This document shows positions 9,831-18,481 of a stretch of 64,000 bases of DNA, piece by piece. The translations under genes were made by a program, and so were the position numbers. Position 1 is the stretch's first letter. Every line of letters begins with the position of its first letter. A model generated the notes under the pieces. The model was not told the DNA's origin. It did no database searches and saw only the letters and a program-made list of their open reading frames with translations. The DNA is from Candidatus Moraniibacteriota bacterium (GTDB lineage: Bacteria; Patescibacteriota; Minisyncoccia; Moranbacterales; GCA-2747515), in NCBI GenBank assembly GCA_046116545.1, contig CP175956.1, positions 449,734 to 513,733 on the forward strand. Direction: 5' to 3'.

Positions 9831-11351
9831 TTACACTTTTGGTCTATATTGCAAAGCTTCTGCTATATGATTCTTTGTGATTTCATCTATTCCTTCTAAG
9901 TCTGCTATTGTTCGTGCAAGTTTTATCATTCTGTAATATGCTCTTGCACTTAAATCTAGTTTTTCAGCTGCATTTCTAAGCAAATCCTTTGATTCTTTAT
10001 CTAAATAACAATATTTTTTTATTTCCACATGATTCATTTCTGCATTTATTGTCCCCGTATTTCCAAATCTCTTATCTTGTTTTTGTCTTGCTTTATCTAC
10101 TCTATCACGAATACTACCACTATCTTCTGACAAATCATCATTATCCAATTTATTTACATGAATTCTTGGAACATCTATATGCATATCAATCCTATCCAAT
10201 ATTGGGCCTGAAATTTTTTGTGAGTATCGTGATATTTGAGCTGGTGTACAAGTGCACTCCCTATTACTATCTGTTGCAAATCCACATGGACATGGATTCA
10301 TTGCAGCTATAAGTGTAAAATTTGCTGGAAATGTTGCTGACGCTTGGGCTCTCGCAATTGTCACAGTACCATCCTCCAGTGGTTGTCGTAAATTTTCCAA
10401 AACAACTCTTGGAAACTCTGCAAACTCATCTAAAAACAATACACCTCTATGTGCAAGTGTTATTTCACCAGGTTTTGGATTTGATCCACCTCCTATAAGT
10501 GAAACTGCTGATGAACTATGATGTGGACAGCGAAATTGCCTATTACTTATAATTTGTTCACTATTTGATAATTGTCCAGCCACTGAATATATTTTTGTAA
10601 TATCAAGAATTTCTTTTTTGTTAAGTGGTGGTAAAATCGTTACAAAAGTTTTAGCAAGTAATGTTTTACCTGATCCAGGAGGTCCATGAAAAATTACATT
10701 ATGACCACCAGCCGCTGCAATCTCCAATGCCCGCTTTGCATGTTCATGACCTTTTACATATTTAAAATCAAGGCTACTGGAAAAACTTTCCTTTTGTGTT
10801 TTTAACTCTCTATGCTTTGTTGGTTGCAAAACTTCTTGTCCACTCAAATGCAAAACGAGTGTCCGCAAATCTTTGACACCTATTACATCAATGCCATCCA
10901 CTATCGCAGCTTCATTTACATTTACTTCTGGCACATAAATTTCCTTCACACCTGACTCTCGTGCAAAAAGCACAATTGAAAGCACTCCATTAATCCCACG
11001 TACTTCTCCATCTAATGCTAACTCTCCTACAAATAATTTATCTTTTGCATCAAAAATTAATTGTGCGGTAGCAACGAGAAATCCTATTGCTACTGGCACA
11101 TCATAAATAGGACTGGATTTTTGCAAATCAGCGGGAGCAAGATTTACTGTTATTCTTCCACATTGGTGTGGCGGCTTAAAACCGCTATTTTTCAAAGCAC
11201 TTGAAACCCTATCTCGCGACTCCTTCACAGAAGTATCTGGTAATCCTACAATTGTAAAAGCATGTAAACCACTAGATAAAACATCTACCTCAACTTCAAC
11301 CATAGCGCCAGAGAGTCCAGTAATTGCAGAAGATAAAACCTTTGAAGACAT
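9831..11351 (-). CDS. comM: ComM/YifB Mg-chelatase-like AAA+ ATPase
   Basis: IVGLPD, GPPGSGKT, HRGVLFLDE, AMNPCPCG motifs. Confidence 0.95.
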   Translation of the reverse strand: MSSKVLSSAITGLSGAMVEVEVDVLSSGLHAFTIVGLPDTSVKESRDRVSSALKNSGFKPPHQCGRITVNLAPADLQKSSPIYDVPVAIGFLVATAQLIFDAKDKLFVGELALDGEVRGINGVLSIVLFARESGVKEIYVPEVNVNEAAIVDGIDVIGVKDLRTLVLHLSGQEVLQPTKHRELKTQKESFSSSLDFKYVKGHEHAKRALEIAAAGGHNVIFHGPPGSGKTLLAKTFVTILPPLNKKEILDITKIYSVAGQLSNSEQIISNRQFRCPHHSSSAVSLIGGGSNPKPGEITLAHRGVLFLDEFAEFPRVVLENLRQPLEDGTVTIARAQASATFPANFTLIAAMNPCPCGFATDSNRECTCTPAQISRYSQKISGPILDRIDMHIDVPRIHVNKLDNDDLSEDSGSIRDRVDKARQKQDKRFGNTGTINAEMNHVEIKKYCYLDKESKDLLRNAAEKLDLSARAYYRMIKLARTIADLEGIDEITKNHIAEALQYRPKV

Positions 11352-11461
11352 AACAATTAATTTTAAATCTTAGAATAGTTTAAGTTTACACTGATTTTAT
11401 ATTTTAAGACAATTCTTTTAATGACATTTCCCTATTGTTTACAGCATTTCAAACACATCTG

Positions 11462-11504
11462 CTCCTCCTCATGAGGGGGAGATGTCCGAAGGACAGAGGG
11501 GGTT
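11462..11504 (-). repeat. GC-rich palindromic REP-like element
   Basis: Reverse complement AACCCCCTCTGTCCTTCGGACATCTCCCCCTCATGAGGAGGAG; two hairpins, GC-rich against an AT-rich background. Confidence 0.65.
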
Positions 11505-11514
11505 TTCACATCAA

Positions 11515-11946
11515 TCAATCCCTACTATCCCTAAAACTCTGCCATAAAATCAACCCAGCTCCAATAGTGATATAAGCATCAGCAATATTAAATGATGAAA
11601 TATTTAAAAACGGAATATAATCCACAACACATCCATAATAAAATCTATCAATTGTATTACTTATTCCCCCAGATAAAATTAAAATATATGGTAATTGATT
11701 TATAAATTTATCAGATGTCTTTTGAACCCAAAAATAAATTACACATAACATTATGAGTATCCAAAGACCTACAAAAATAATCTGTGGTAAAATTATACCC
11801 ATTGCAATACCATAATTACACAAACTTTCAATGGCCTGTGATTGCAAAATAAAAAATTTAATAACTTGATCAATTACAATAAGTCCTATGATTGAAAAAA
11901 TCCCACACAAAACTGTATGAGATTTTTTCTGTAAGCAAAAAGACAT
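11515..11946 (-). CDS. lspA: Lipoprotein signal peptidase II
   Basis: IDQVIK, NYGIAMG, GGISNTIDR..GCVVDYI, FNIAD motifs. Confidence 0.9.
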   Translation of the reverse strand: MSFCLQKKSHTVLCGIFSIIGLIVIDQVIKFFILQSQAIESLCNYGIAMGIILPQIIFVGLWILIMLCVIYFWVQKTSDKFINQLPYILILSGGISNTIDRFYYGCVVDYIPFLNISSFNIADAYITIGAGLILWQSFRDSRD

Positions 11947-11949
11947 AAA

Positions 11950-12297
11950 TTATTCTTTTGTTATATTTGTACGAGCAGCAGGATATGCGTTTAATCTATT
12001 TACATCTATATCATCTCCTGTCTCTTCATCTTTTCCATAAGTACCCTCATCCATTTTCTTCAGAGCATCCAACACATCTTTCAATTGTGTTTCAAGTGTT
12101 TTTTCCAATGCTAATTTGTCGGTATATTCCTCAACTTCAGTAGCATTTTCATCATTTCTATCACCTAAATCATCAGGAAATTCAGTTTTATATTCTCCTT
12201 CTCCAGTCTTCTTTGCAAATTTGCTAAGCTCTCCTTCAAGCTGTTCTTTTTCTGCTACAAGTTTATTTTTAAATTCTTCTAATATTTTTTGATCCAT
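11950..12297 (-). CDS. DksA/TraR-family protein (Cys-free)
   Basis: Coiled coil plus ALKKMDEGTYG...IDVNRLNAYPAART; zinc-finger Cys residues absent. Confidence 0.8.
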   Translation of the reverse strand: MDQKILEEFKNKLVAEKEQLEGELSKFAKKTGEGEYKTEFPDDLGDRNDENATEVEEYTDKLALEKTLETQLKDVLDALKKMDEGTYGKDEETGDDIDVNRLNAYPAARTNITKE

Positions 12298-12395
12298 ATT
12301 TTTTAGTAATTAGTAAGTTAGTGATTAGCATTTTAGCTATTTTGATATATTCAGTGTACCAAATTCAATTCTCTAAGACAAGGTCTAATAACTAT

Positions 12396-12424
12396 TTGTC
12401 ATTCCCGCGAAGGCTGGAATTCAG
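12396..12424 (+). repeat. REP-like palindrome, GTCATTCCCGC family
   Basis: TTGTCATTCCCGCGAAGGCTGGAATTCAG. Confidence 0.7.
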
Positions 12425-12479
12425 AACTACAATAAAATTATTTTTAAATATATACTAACTTACACAGAATATTATACTA

Positions 12480-12881
12480 TTACAAAAAAATACTCTCAAT
12501 ATGCTTAATTCTAGGATTTTTCTCAGCCTCCATAATAATCACGCTCACAGTATCAATTCGCCACATTACATCCCACAATTCATTTTCTTTAATATAAACC
12601 TCTGCAATTCTATTTAACTTATTTAATTTTGACCTAGTAATTTGTTCTTCTGGTAATACATCATTTTCATTTTTTTCAACATTTCTAGTTTTCACCTCAA
12701 TAAAAACTAAATAATCACTTTTTATATCTCTAGCAATAATATCAACCTCCCCAATGCGTCGACCATTCTTATTACACCAATTCCTATCAATAACCTTATA
12801 GCCCTCTTTTTTCAAAAATTTCTCAGCCATCTTTTCACCTTTATATCCAACATTATTTTTATTCAATTTAAATATTCCCAT
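12480..12881 (-). CDS. yraN: YraN (UPF0102) endonuclease-like protein
   Basis: GEKMA..FLKKEGY, GEVDIIA, LVFIEVKTR motifs. Confidence 0.92.
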   Translation of the reverse strand: MGIFKLNKNNVGYKGEKMAEKFLKKEGYKVIDRNWCNKNGRRIGEVDIIARDIKSDYLVFIEVKTRNVEKNENDVLPEEQITRSKLNKLNRIAEVYIKENELWDVMWRIDTVSVIIMEAEKNPRIKHIESIFL

Positions 12882-12945
12882 AATATAAATTTATATTTTT
12901 TCTATGATACACTATTATTATACATGGAACTTATTATATGAAAAT

Positions 12946-13521
12946 ATGAAAAAAATAATTTTAGCATCTAGCTCACCTCGCAGGAAAGAACTGCTTAAAA
13001 ATATAGGACTTAATTTTAATGTTGTCTCTAGTGATTATATGGAGGATATGACACTAGACATGAAACCTACTGAACTTGCAAAATATCTATCACTAGGCAA
13101 AGCTCAAGATGTTGCAAAAAATCACATTAATACTATTATAATTGCAGCTGATACATTTGTAGTTTTAAATGATGACTTACTTGGCAAACCACATACGGAA
13201 GAAAAGGCTTTTGAAATGTTACAAAAAATCAATGGTCAAACTCTTGAAGTAATCACTGGTTATACAATAATAGACACTTCTATGAAGTACTCTATTTCAA
13301 AAGCTGTCACAACAAAAATTTTTATAAAAAAATTAACTGACGATGAAATTAAGTCGTATATCAAAACTGGTGAGCCACTAGACAAAGCTGGTGCCTTTGC
13401 TATTCAAGGATATGGCTCAATTTTTATAAAAGAAATACAAGGAAGCTACACAAATGTTATAGGCTTACCAATTTATTCACTTGCTGAATCACTTAAAAAA
13501 TTTGGAGTTAGTGTTTTATAA
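12946..13521 (+). CDS. maf: Maf nucleotide pyrophosphatase
   Basis: ILASSSPRR, AADT, DKAGAF, NVIGLP; start moved to the ATG of MKKIILAS. Confidence 0.93.
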   Translation: MKKIILASSSPRRKELLKNIGLNFNVVSSDYMEDMTLDMKPTELAKYLSLGKAQDVAKNHINTIIIAADTFVVLNDDLLGKPHTEEKAFEMLQKINGQTLEVITGYTIIDTSMKYSISKAVTTKIFIKKLTDDEIKSYIKTGEPLDKAGAFAIQGYGSIFIKEIQGSYTNVIGLPIYSLAESLKKFGVSVL

Positions 13522-13546
13522 AAAATATCTTATTACGATTTTTACT

Positions 13547-14281
13547 TTATTTCACACTTTTCCACTGCAATTCAAAGATTGCTTTAAGTGTATTATAAAT
13601 TTTTTTACTTTCTATAATTAATCCAAACTCCTCTTTAAATGACATAATCCCAATCTTATGCCCAGCATAAAGATTTATTTCTACTTCAAAAAATAAATTG
13701 TCTTCAAAATCGATGAGTTTCATCTGACGTAAATGTTTTTCGTCATATTCTTTTACATGTTGCATTCCATCTGTATTTGGCGCAAACGACCTTGTCCAAA
13801 TTTTATTTTTCAATCTCTGTGGTACATATTCTTTCCATAAATACTCAATATCAAAATACTCAATAGCCTCTGGAGAAGCCCATGCCAGAATTTCTTGATT
13901 TTTATATTCTAGCGTATCCCTGTAAATATTTTTTATACCTTCAATACCTTCAAAAAATTGAATTTTTGGTTTTCTATCTATCAAATTAGCAACAGATAAT
14001 AACTCTGGCAATATTCCTTCTAATATATTTATTTTCTCCTTAAAAATTGTTTCTATTACTTTTGGATTTTCTGCGTAATAATATATTCTTTTACCTTTTT
14101 TTGTTAAACTCACAAGTCCTTTTTCCTTTAATGAATCTAAAATATCATATACTGTTGTTCGTTTAATTTTTGATTTTTCAGAAATTCTCTGTAAATTAAC
14201 TTCCCCAAGTTCCAAAAGTGATAAATATAATCGCGCTTCTTTTTCAGATAAATTAAGCTTTTCTAATTCTTGTATAAGCAT
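13547..14281 (-). CDS. TrmB-family HTH transcriptional regulator
   Basis: LSEKEARLYLSLLELG...RTTVYDILDSLKEKGLV; PKIQFFEGIEGIK; start taken at MLIQEL. Confidence 0.85.
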   Translation of the reverse strand: MLIQELEKLNLSEKEARLYLSLLELGEVNLQRISEKSKIKRTTVYDILDSLKEKGLVSLTKKGKRIYYYAENPKVIETIFKEKINILEGILPELLSVANLIDRKPKIQFFEGIEGIKNIYRDTLEYKNQEILAWASPEAIEYFDIEYLWKEYVPQRLKNKIWTRSFAPNTDGMQHVKEYDEKHLRQMKLIDFEDNLFFEVEINLYAGHKIGIMSFKEEFGLIIESKKIYNTLKAIFELQWKSVK

Positions 14282-14505
14282 AATGACTAATTTATAATAA
14301 ATGACGTAAAAAAGGTCGTTATTTATAATATACAAAAAATACCCTCAAAAGTCAATAGCTTAGGCAACTATCCAAATGATACTATCTTTTACATAACCAA
14401 TATGTCACTATTTAAGACATTATTTGTTAATGTGTTATTATTTATCGTTACGAAATGAATCGTAATAGAAACTAATGTACATTTACAATTCAAAAGGAGC
14501 TTCTA

Positions 14506-15297
14506 ATGAAAAATGTCGAATGGTGGAGTCCTAAGGCTGGTTTTTTTGGTAATTTTTATGTCAATGGTGACAACTCCAAAAAAGGTTACTTAATAAATAA
14601 TGATCAAACCTTAGGTGAGCGAACTCTCACTGAAGTTAATGGGGTTGAAAAGTTATTATCTTTACAGCCTAACGCTAAAATACTTGACTGTCCGTGTGGT
14701 TATGGACGTCATAGCATTGCATTAGCAGAAAAAGGTTATCACGTCACTGCATCTGATATTAATCCGATACATCTAAATATCATGTCCACAAATATTAGTG
14801 CTTTTCATAACAGAAAAATATCCGACCGTATACTGTTTAACATTTCGGACATGCGTTATTTACAGGTAAGTACTGAGTTTGATGCTGTAATTAATATGTT
14901 TTATTCATTTGGCTTTTTTGAAACTGATGTAGAAAATGAATTGGTATTGCGGAATTTTTGGAAGTCTTTACGACCTGGTGGAAAATTTCTGATGCACACA
15001 GATGTAAATTTGCCTAGAGTTTTATCAGGTAATTACAAAACAGATGAGTTTAGAAATCTAAACTCAAAAAACACGCTCCGAATAATCGATAACTATAATC
15101 CAAAAACAAAACGAATGAATGGTGAATGGATTATTAATGGAGTCTCCAAGCAATATTCTGTACGAGTATATTCAAAAAGTGAATTTATACGTATCTGTCT
15201 AAAAGTTGGTTTTACTTCATGCGTAGCCTATTCAAATTGGCAAGGCAATGATTATACGGAAGCTTCCGAAGACATGATTATTGTCGCCACAAAATAA
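14506..15297 (+). CDS. Class I SAM-dependent methyltransferase
   Basis: ILDCPCGYGRH, FDAVINMFYSFGFF, LRPGGKFL; AAAGGAG RBS. Confidence 0.88.
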   Translation: MKNVEWWSPKAGFFGNFYVNGDNSKKGYLINNDQTLGERTLTEVNGVEKLLSLQPNAKILDCPCGYGRHSIALAEKGYHVTASDINPIHLNIMSTNISAFHNRKISDRILFNISDMRYLQVSTEFDAVINMFYSFGFFETDVENELVLRNFWKSLRPGGKFLMHTDVNLPRVLSGNYKTDEFRNLNSKNTLRIIDNYNPKTKRMNGEWIINGVSKQYSVRVYSKSEFIRICLKVGFTSCVAYSNWQGNDYTEASEDMIIVATK

Positions 15298-15320
15298 ACC
15301 TACTGACAAAGGTGTATTAA

Positions 15321-15725
15321 ATGAAACCAGAACATTTAACTATCATGTTCAAAGGACGTTGTCCTAAATGTGAATATGAAAATAACTCTAAAGAAGTTCG
15401 ATATAATGGATCATCAAACCATTATGAACATAGAATACCTTGTGCGAATTGTAAACACTACTTTACAGCTCATTTAGAAGTAGAGGGATCTAATCCCAAA
15501 AATCTTGTTTATTTAGATTATAATCAATTATTTCAAGCCATACATGATGCTGTATTGAGTCATAAAAGAAAATTATCTGGATACTCATTTTTAAAAGAAA
15601 ACTATCCAGAACTATTTTGGAATTTATTACATCGTTACAGTCAGTATCGTTCTGGTGCTTTTATGTTTCGTATATGGCGAGAACGGTATATTGAAAAATT
15701 GTATGGTTGCAAAGTTAAACACTGA
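15321..15725 (+). CDS. Hypothetical Zn-ribbon protein
   Basis: CPKC and CANC pairs; co-oriented with the methyltransferase. Confidence 0.7.
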   Translation: MKPEHLTIMFKGRCPKCEYENNSKEVRYNGSSNHYEHRIPCANCKHYFTAHLEVEGSNPKNLVYLDYNQLFQAIHDAVLSHKRKLSGYSFLKENYPELFWNLLHRYSQYRSGAFMFRIWRERYIEKLYGCKVKH

Positions 15726-15731
15726 CAACCT

Positions 15732-15773
15732 AACTCGTTAGCTACTAACACGTATCTAACGAGTTTTCTTTTC
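15732..15773 (+). terminator. Intrinsic terminator
   Basis: AACTCGTTAG...CTAACGAGTT followed by a T-rich run. Confidence 0.7.
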
Positions 15774-15784
15774 TCAAAAAAAAC

Positions 15785-15810
15785 AAAAAACACCTGCTAA
15801 TTGCAAGTGC
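15785..15810 (-). terminator. Intrinsic terminator of a minus-strand transcript
   Basis: Minus strand GCACTTGC-AATTA-GCAGGTGT-TTTTT. Confidence 0.7.
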
Positions 15811-16394
15811 TTTTTGACAAACATTTTTCGATGAACCTTATTTATTTCCTCAAGAAATGTTTAAAATAAGTTCACCGAGCTCCAAGTGGCCCGAATAATA
15901 TATTAACTTGGGCATGGAGCCCGGCTAGTCCGCATGCACGAACATGTGATCCAATGAAGCTTTTTCGTACCGGGTGAGAATACAATTGGCTTACTCTGAT
16001 CTCATGTACTTTCTGTACATACTAAATCTTCATGACAACATTCCCTATTATTATTGTTATCATCTACCTTTCACCGTCCTATGGATTTCCCCTCAAATTG
16101 TATTAAAGAACTACTCTACTTTTATTTTTTTATTTGTTTTAGTAGATACTACCTCCGTCAATGCGAAAGCAATAATTTTTATTTTTGTTTTGTTTGCGAA
16201 GTTGGGAATTAGAAATTTGTAAACAAATTTCAAAAAACTACGCGATAGACAATTGCTATGAATTATCTATATAGGACAGGGGAAGGATTTCCAGACACAA
16301 ATAGGGGGAAATTGTGACTGGAAATTCTTCCTCCGTCAGTGTATTTTACTGTTAAAGTTCTTTGCCTGTGTATAAGCTTTCCTCTCTCACTTAC
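15785..16394 (-). ncRNA. Candidate large structured non-coding RNA (~610 nt), family not recognised
   Basis: Own promoter and terminator; no minus-strand ORF of 60 aa or more in the track; more than 10 helices, several with G-U pairs favouring the minus strand; long-range pairings. Confidence 0.6.
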
Positions 16395-16400
16395 AAAGTA

Positions 16401-16429
16401 ATTATACCATGTGTATACTCACCTGTCCA
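16401..16429 (-). promoter_or_regulatory. Sigma70 promoter for the candidate ncRNA
   Basis: Minus strand TGGACA-17 bp-TATAAT with extended -10 TG. Confidence 0.7.
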
Positions 16430-16727
16430 AGCTAACCCCCTGAAAAGCTTCTATTTAACAGCTTTTTGACATTATTTTGACATAAGTTTTATAAATCTAT
16501 AAAAAAAGTGAAAAAATAAAGTAAATCTCTTTTATTTTTTTCTTTATTTATCCACAGGTTATACATAAAACCACAATTATAGCCTTCTGTCCCAGCGTAA
16601 CTTTTTCAAAATAATCATTTACAATATTATTAATTTAATTTTTTAAGACTATTAGGATAAAATCAAAAACCAATCTGTCAGCAACCTAACAAGTTTCTCT
16701 GAAATTAATTACTTTTAATGGTACTAA

Positions 16728-16755
16728 AAAATACTCTCCCAGTGGAGAGTATTTT
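16728..16755 (-). terminator. Intrinsic terminator after the 544 aa gene
   Basis: AAAATACTCTCC-CAGT-GGAGAGTATTTT inverted repeat. Confidence 0.75.
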
Positions 16756-16779
16756 AAAACTATTTCTTTATTACTGATT

Positions 16780-18384
16780 TTATCTCATTTCATTTCCGTC
16801 TATATCATACACAATACAATGACCTTCCTCTATTGTATATTGCAATATATCATCAATTTCCTGACCATTTATAATACTATTTGATTCAGAATTCATGTTT
16901 TCATCATGATAACCTGCTACTGCAAGTATTAACTCTTCTGAATATTTACACTTCATTTTTGTTCCATTTGGCATTTCTTCTTCATATAAACACATACCAT
17001 CTTCCATGCCTAAAACATTTCTTTTCATTTCTTCACCTGTTATCTGATGTATAAATGTTTCTGCAAATACATCACAGTGCCTTATTGCAGCTGATAACGT
17101 AGATACAGTTAGTGCTTCTTCTGCAATAACTATGTCTTCTTGGTTTTTTTCTCTTTTTGAATAATCAATTATTGCTCGCATCGTATTTTTTGATGTTCCT
17201 ATCATCCACCTTTTATCATTGATCGTATAATCAACTGAATATGTCTTTCCTTCATCTAAGTTATCAAATCTTATTGGATGTGTTTCATATGTACTATCTC
17301 CAAATACACTATCTATTGTAGTAGCTCCAAGACCATTTAATACAATATTAAATGCGTTTGGTAATAATGCTTCATTTGCAGTTAATGCTGTTTGCAATTC
17401 TACACTATCCTTAGTATCTACTATAAAACCAAATCTTATACCATTATCAATATCATCAAATGCATATATTTCAAAGTTTTCCTCTAACGCAGTCATTATG
17501 TCTTGTGGTATATCCATTCCAGCAGACATTGCAAATACATTAAATGATACTGGATTATTATTTATGTCAGTTACTATAAAAGATATTGGGCCTCCTATTC
17601 CTTCTGTCTTCATGTTTTCACCTATTGCTGTCAATTCTGCTGTTATATCTTCTTGTGATGTTTCACTTTCTACATCTACAGAAAAATAATTTGGGAATTC
17701 ACTAGAATACAATTGTGTTATTATTTCTTGATCATCAAGATCATCTGCAATAACATCATTATCCACCATATCGTTTTTTATTGCATCATCATTTACAACA
17801 CCTTGTAAATCAGTTTTTTTAGTGTATTTATCAACTAAACTCATAACATCATCTTTTTTGCTATATAACATAAATGCAACAAGTCCTATCACAACAATTA
17901 GCACAACCACAATAATGATACTGCCTAAACTATTTTTCTTTTTTGACTTTTGTTTATTTGTAAGTTCAATTTCTGAAATTTTTTCATCTTTAATTAACAT
18001 GTCTTTTGGTGACTTGTTTATTTTTTCTACATCAGATTTGTCTCCATTGGGTGCAAAAGATCCTTTTTTTGTAGGATTTGGTGGTGTTACTAATTTTTTT
18101 GTATCCAAAAATGGATTTTCTGTTGTATTTGTTTGTTTGATATAATTTACAGGCTTTACTGGAAGCTTCACATCTTCTGATTTTATTTGTGTTTGCTGTA
18201 TTTGCTCCTGACTCTCAATTACTGCATCTTCTTTCTTTGTATCTACAAACTTAGATTTTTTCACTGCAACATCAACCTGACTAATGAATTTTTTATTTTC
18301 ATTATCACCTTCCATTGTATGAATTTCAAATACATGTTTTTTCATTTCTTCTTTTTGTTTTGTTTTTTGTTTCTTTTCATGCAT
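16780..18384 (-). CDS. Hypothetical single-pass membrane protein
   Basis: Charged N-terminus, one TM, acidic outer region, Cys-containing C-terminal domain; the 18414 start overlaps the pnp terminator, so 18384 is used. Confidence 0.75.
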   Translation of the reverse strand: MHEKKQKTKQKEEMKKHVFEIHTMEGDNENKKFISQVDVAVKKSKFVDTKKEDAVIESQEQIQQTQIKSEDVKLPVKPVNYIKQTNTTENPFLDTKKLVTPPNPTKKGSFAPNGDKSDVEKINKSPKDMLIKDEKISEIELTNKQKSKKKNSLGSIIIVVVLIVVIGLVAFMLYSKKDDVMSLVDKYTKKTDLQGVVNDDAIKNDMVDNDVIADDLDDQEIITQLYSSEFPNYFSVDVESETSQEDITAELTAIGENMKTEGIGGPISFIVTDINNNPVSFNVFAMSAGMDIPQDIMTALEENFEIYAFDDIDNGIRFGFIVDTKDSVELQTALTANEALLPNAFNIVLNGLGATTIDSVFGDSTYETHPIRFDNLDEGKTYSVDYTINDKRWMIGTSKNTMRAIIDYSKREKNQEDIVIAEEALTVSTLSAAIRHCDVFAETFIHQITGEEMKRNVLGMEDGMCLYEEEMPNGTKMKCKYSEELILAVAGYHDENMNSESNSIINGQEIDDILQYTIEEGHCIVYDIDGNEMR

Positions 18385-18402
18385 AAAATGCTCTTTAAAA
18401 AG

Positions 18403-18438
18403 TAATAAAGACATTACTTAAATGTAATGTCTTTATTA
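18403..18438 (-). terminator. pnp terminator
   Basis: TAATAAAGACATTAC...GTAATGTCTTTATTA inverted repeat. Confidence 0.6.
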
Positions 18439-18481
18439 TAGCACTTTATTTCAAAATGTGCGATGCTTTGGTTGTTTGTAT

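Noticed and set aside
15895-16065. Minus-strand Cys-rich frame with an internal TGA (recoding or code 25)
   Set aside because: No convincing start, and TGA terminates genuine genes here (lspA, ldh); RNA pairing explains the sequence better
15974-16222. 82-aa plus-strand ORF
   Set aside because: No recognisable motif or RBS; antisense to the promoter/terminator-bounded unit
15785-16394. RNase P RNA, tmRNA or SRP RNA
   Set aside because: GAGGAAAG is present but not followed by UCC and has no matching 3' P4 strand; a GCAAAC-started short frame exists but there are no tRNA-like ends; no SRP loop motif. An Rfam scan is still needed.
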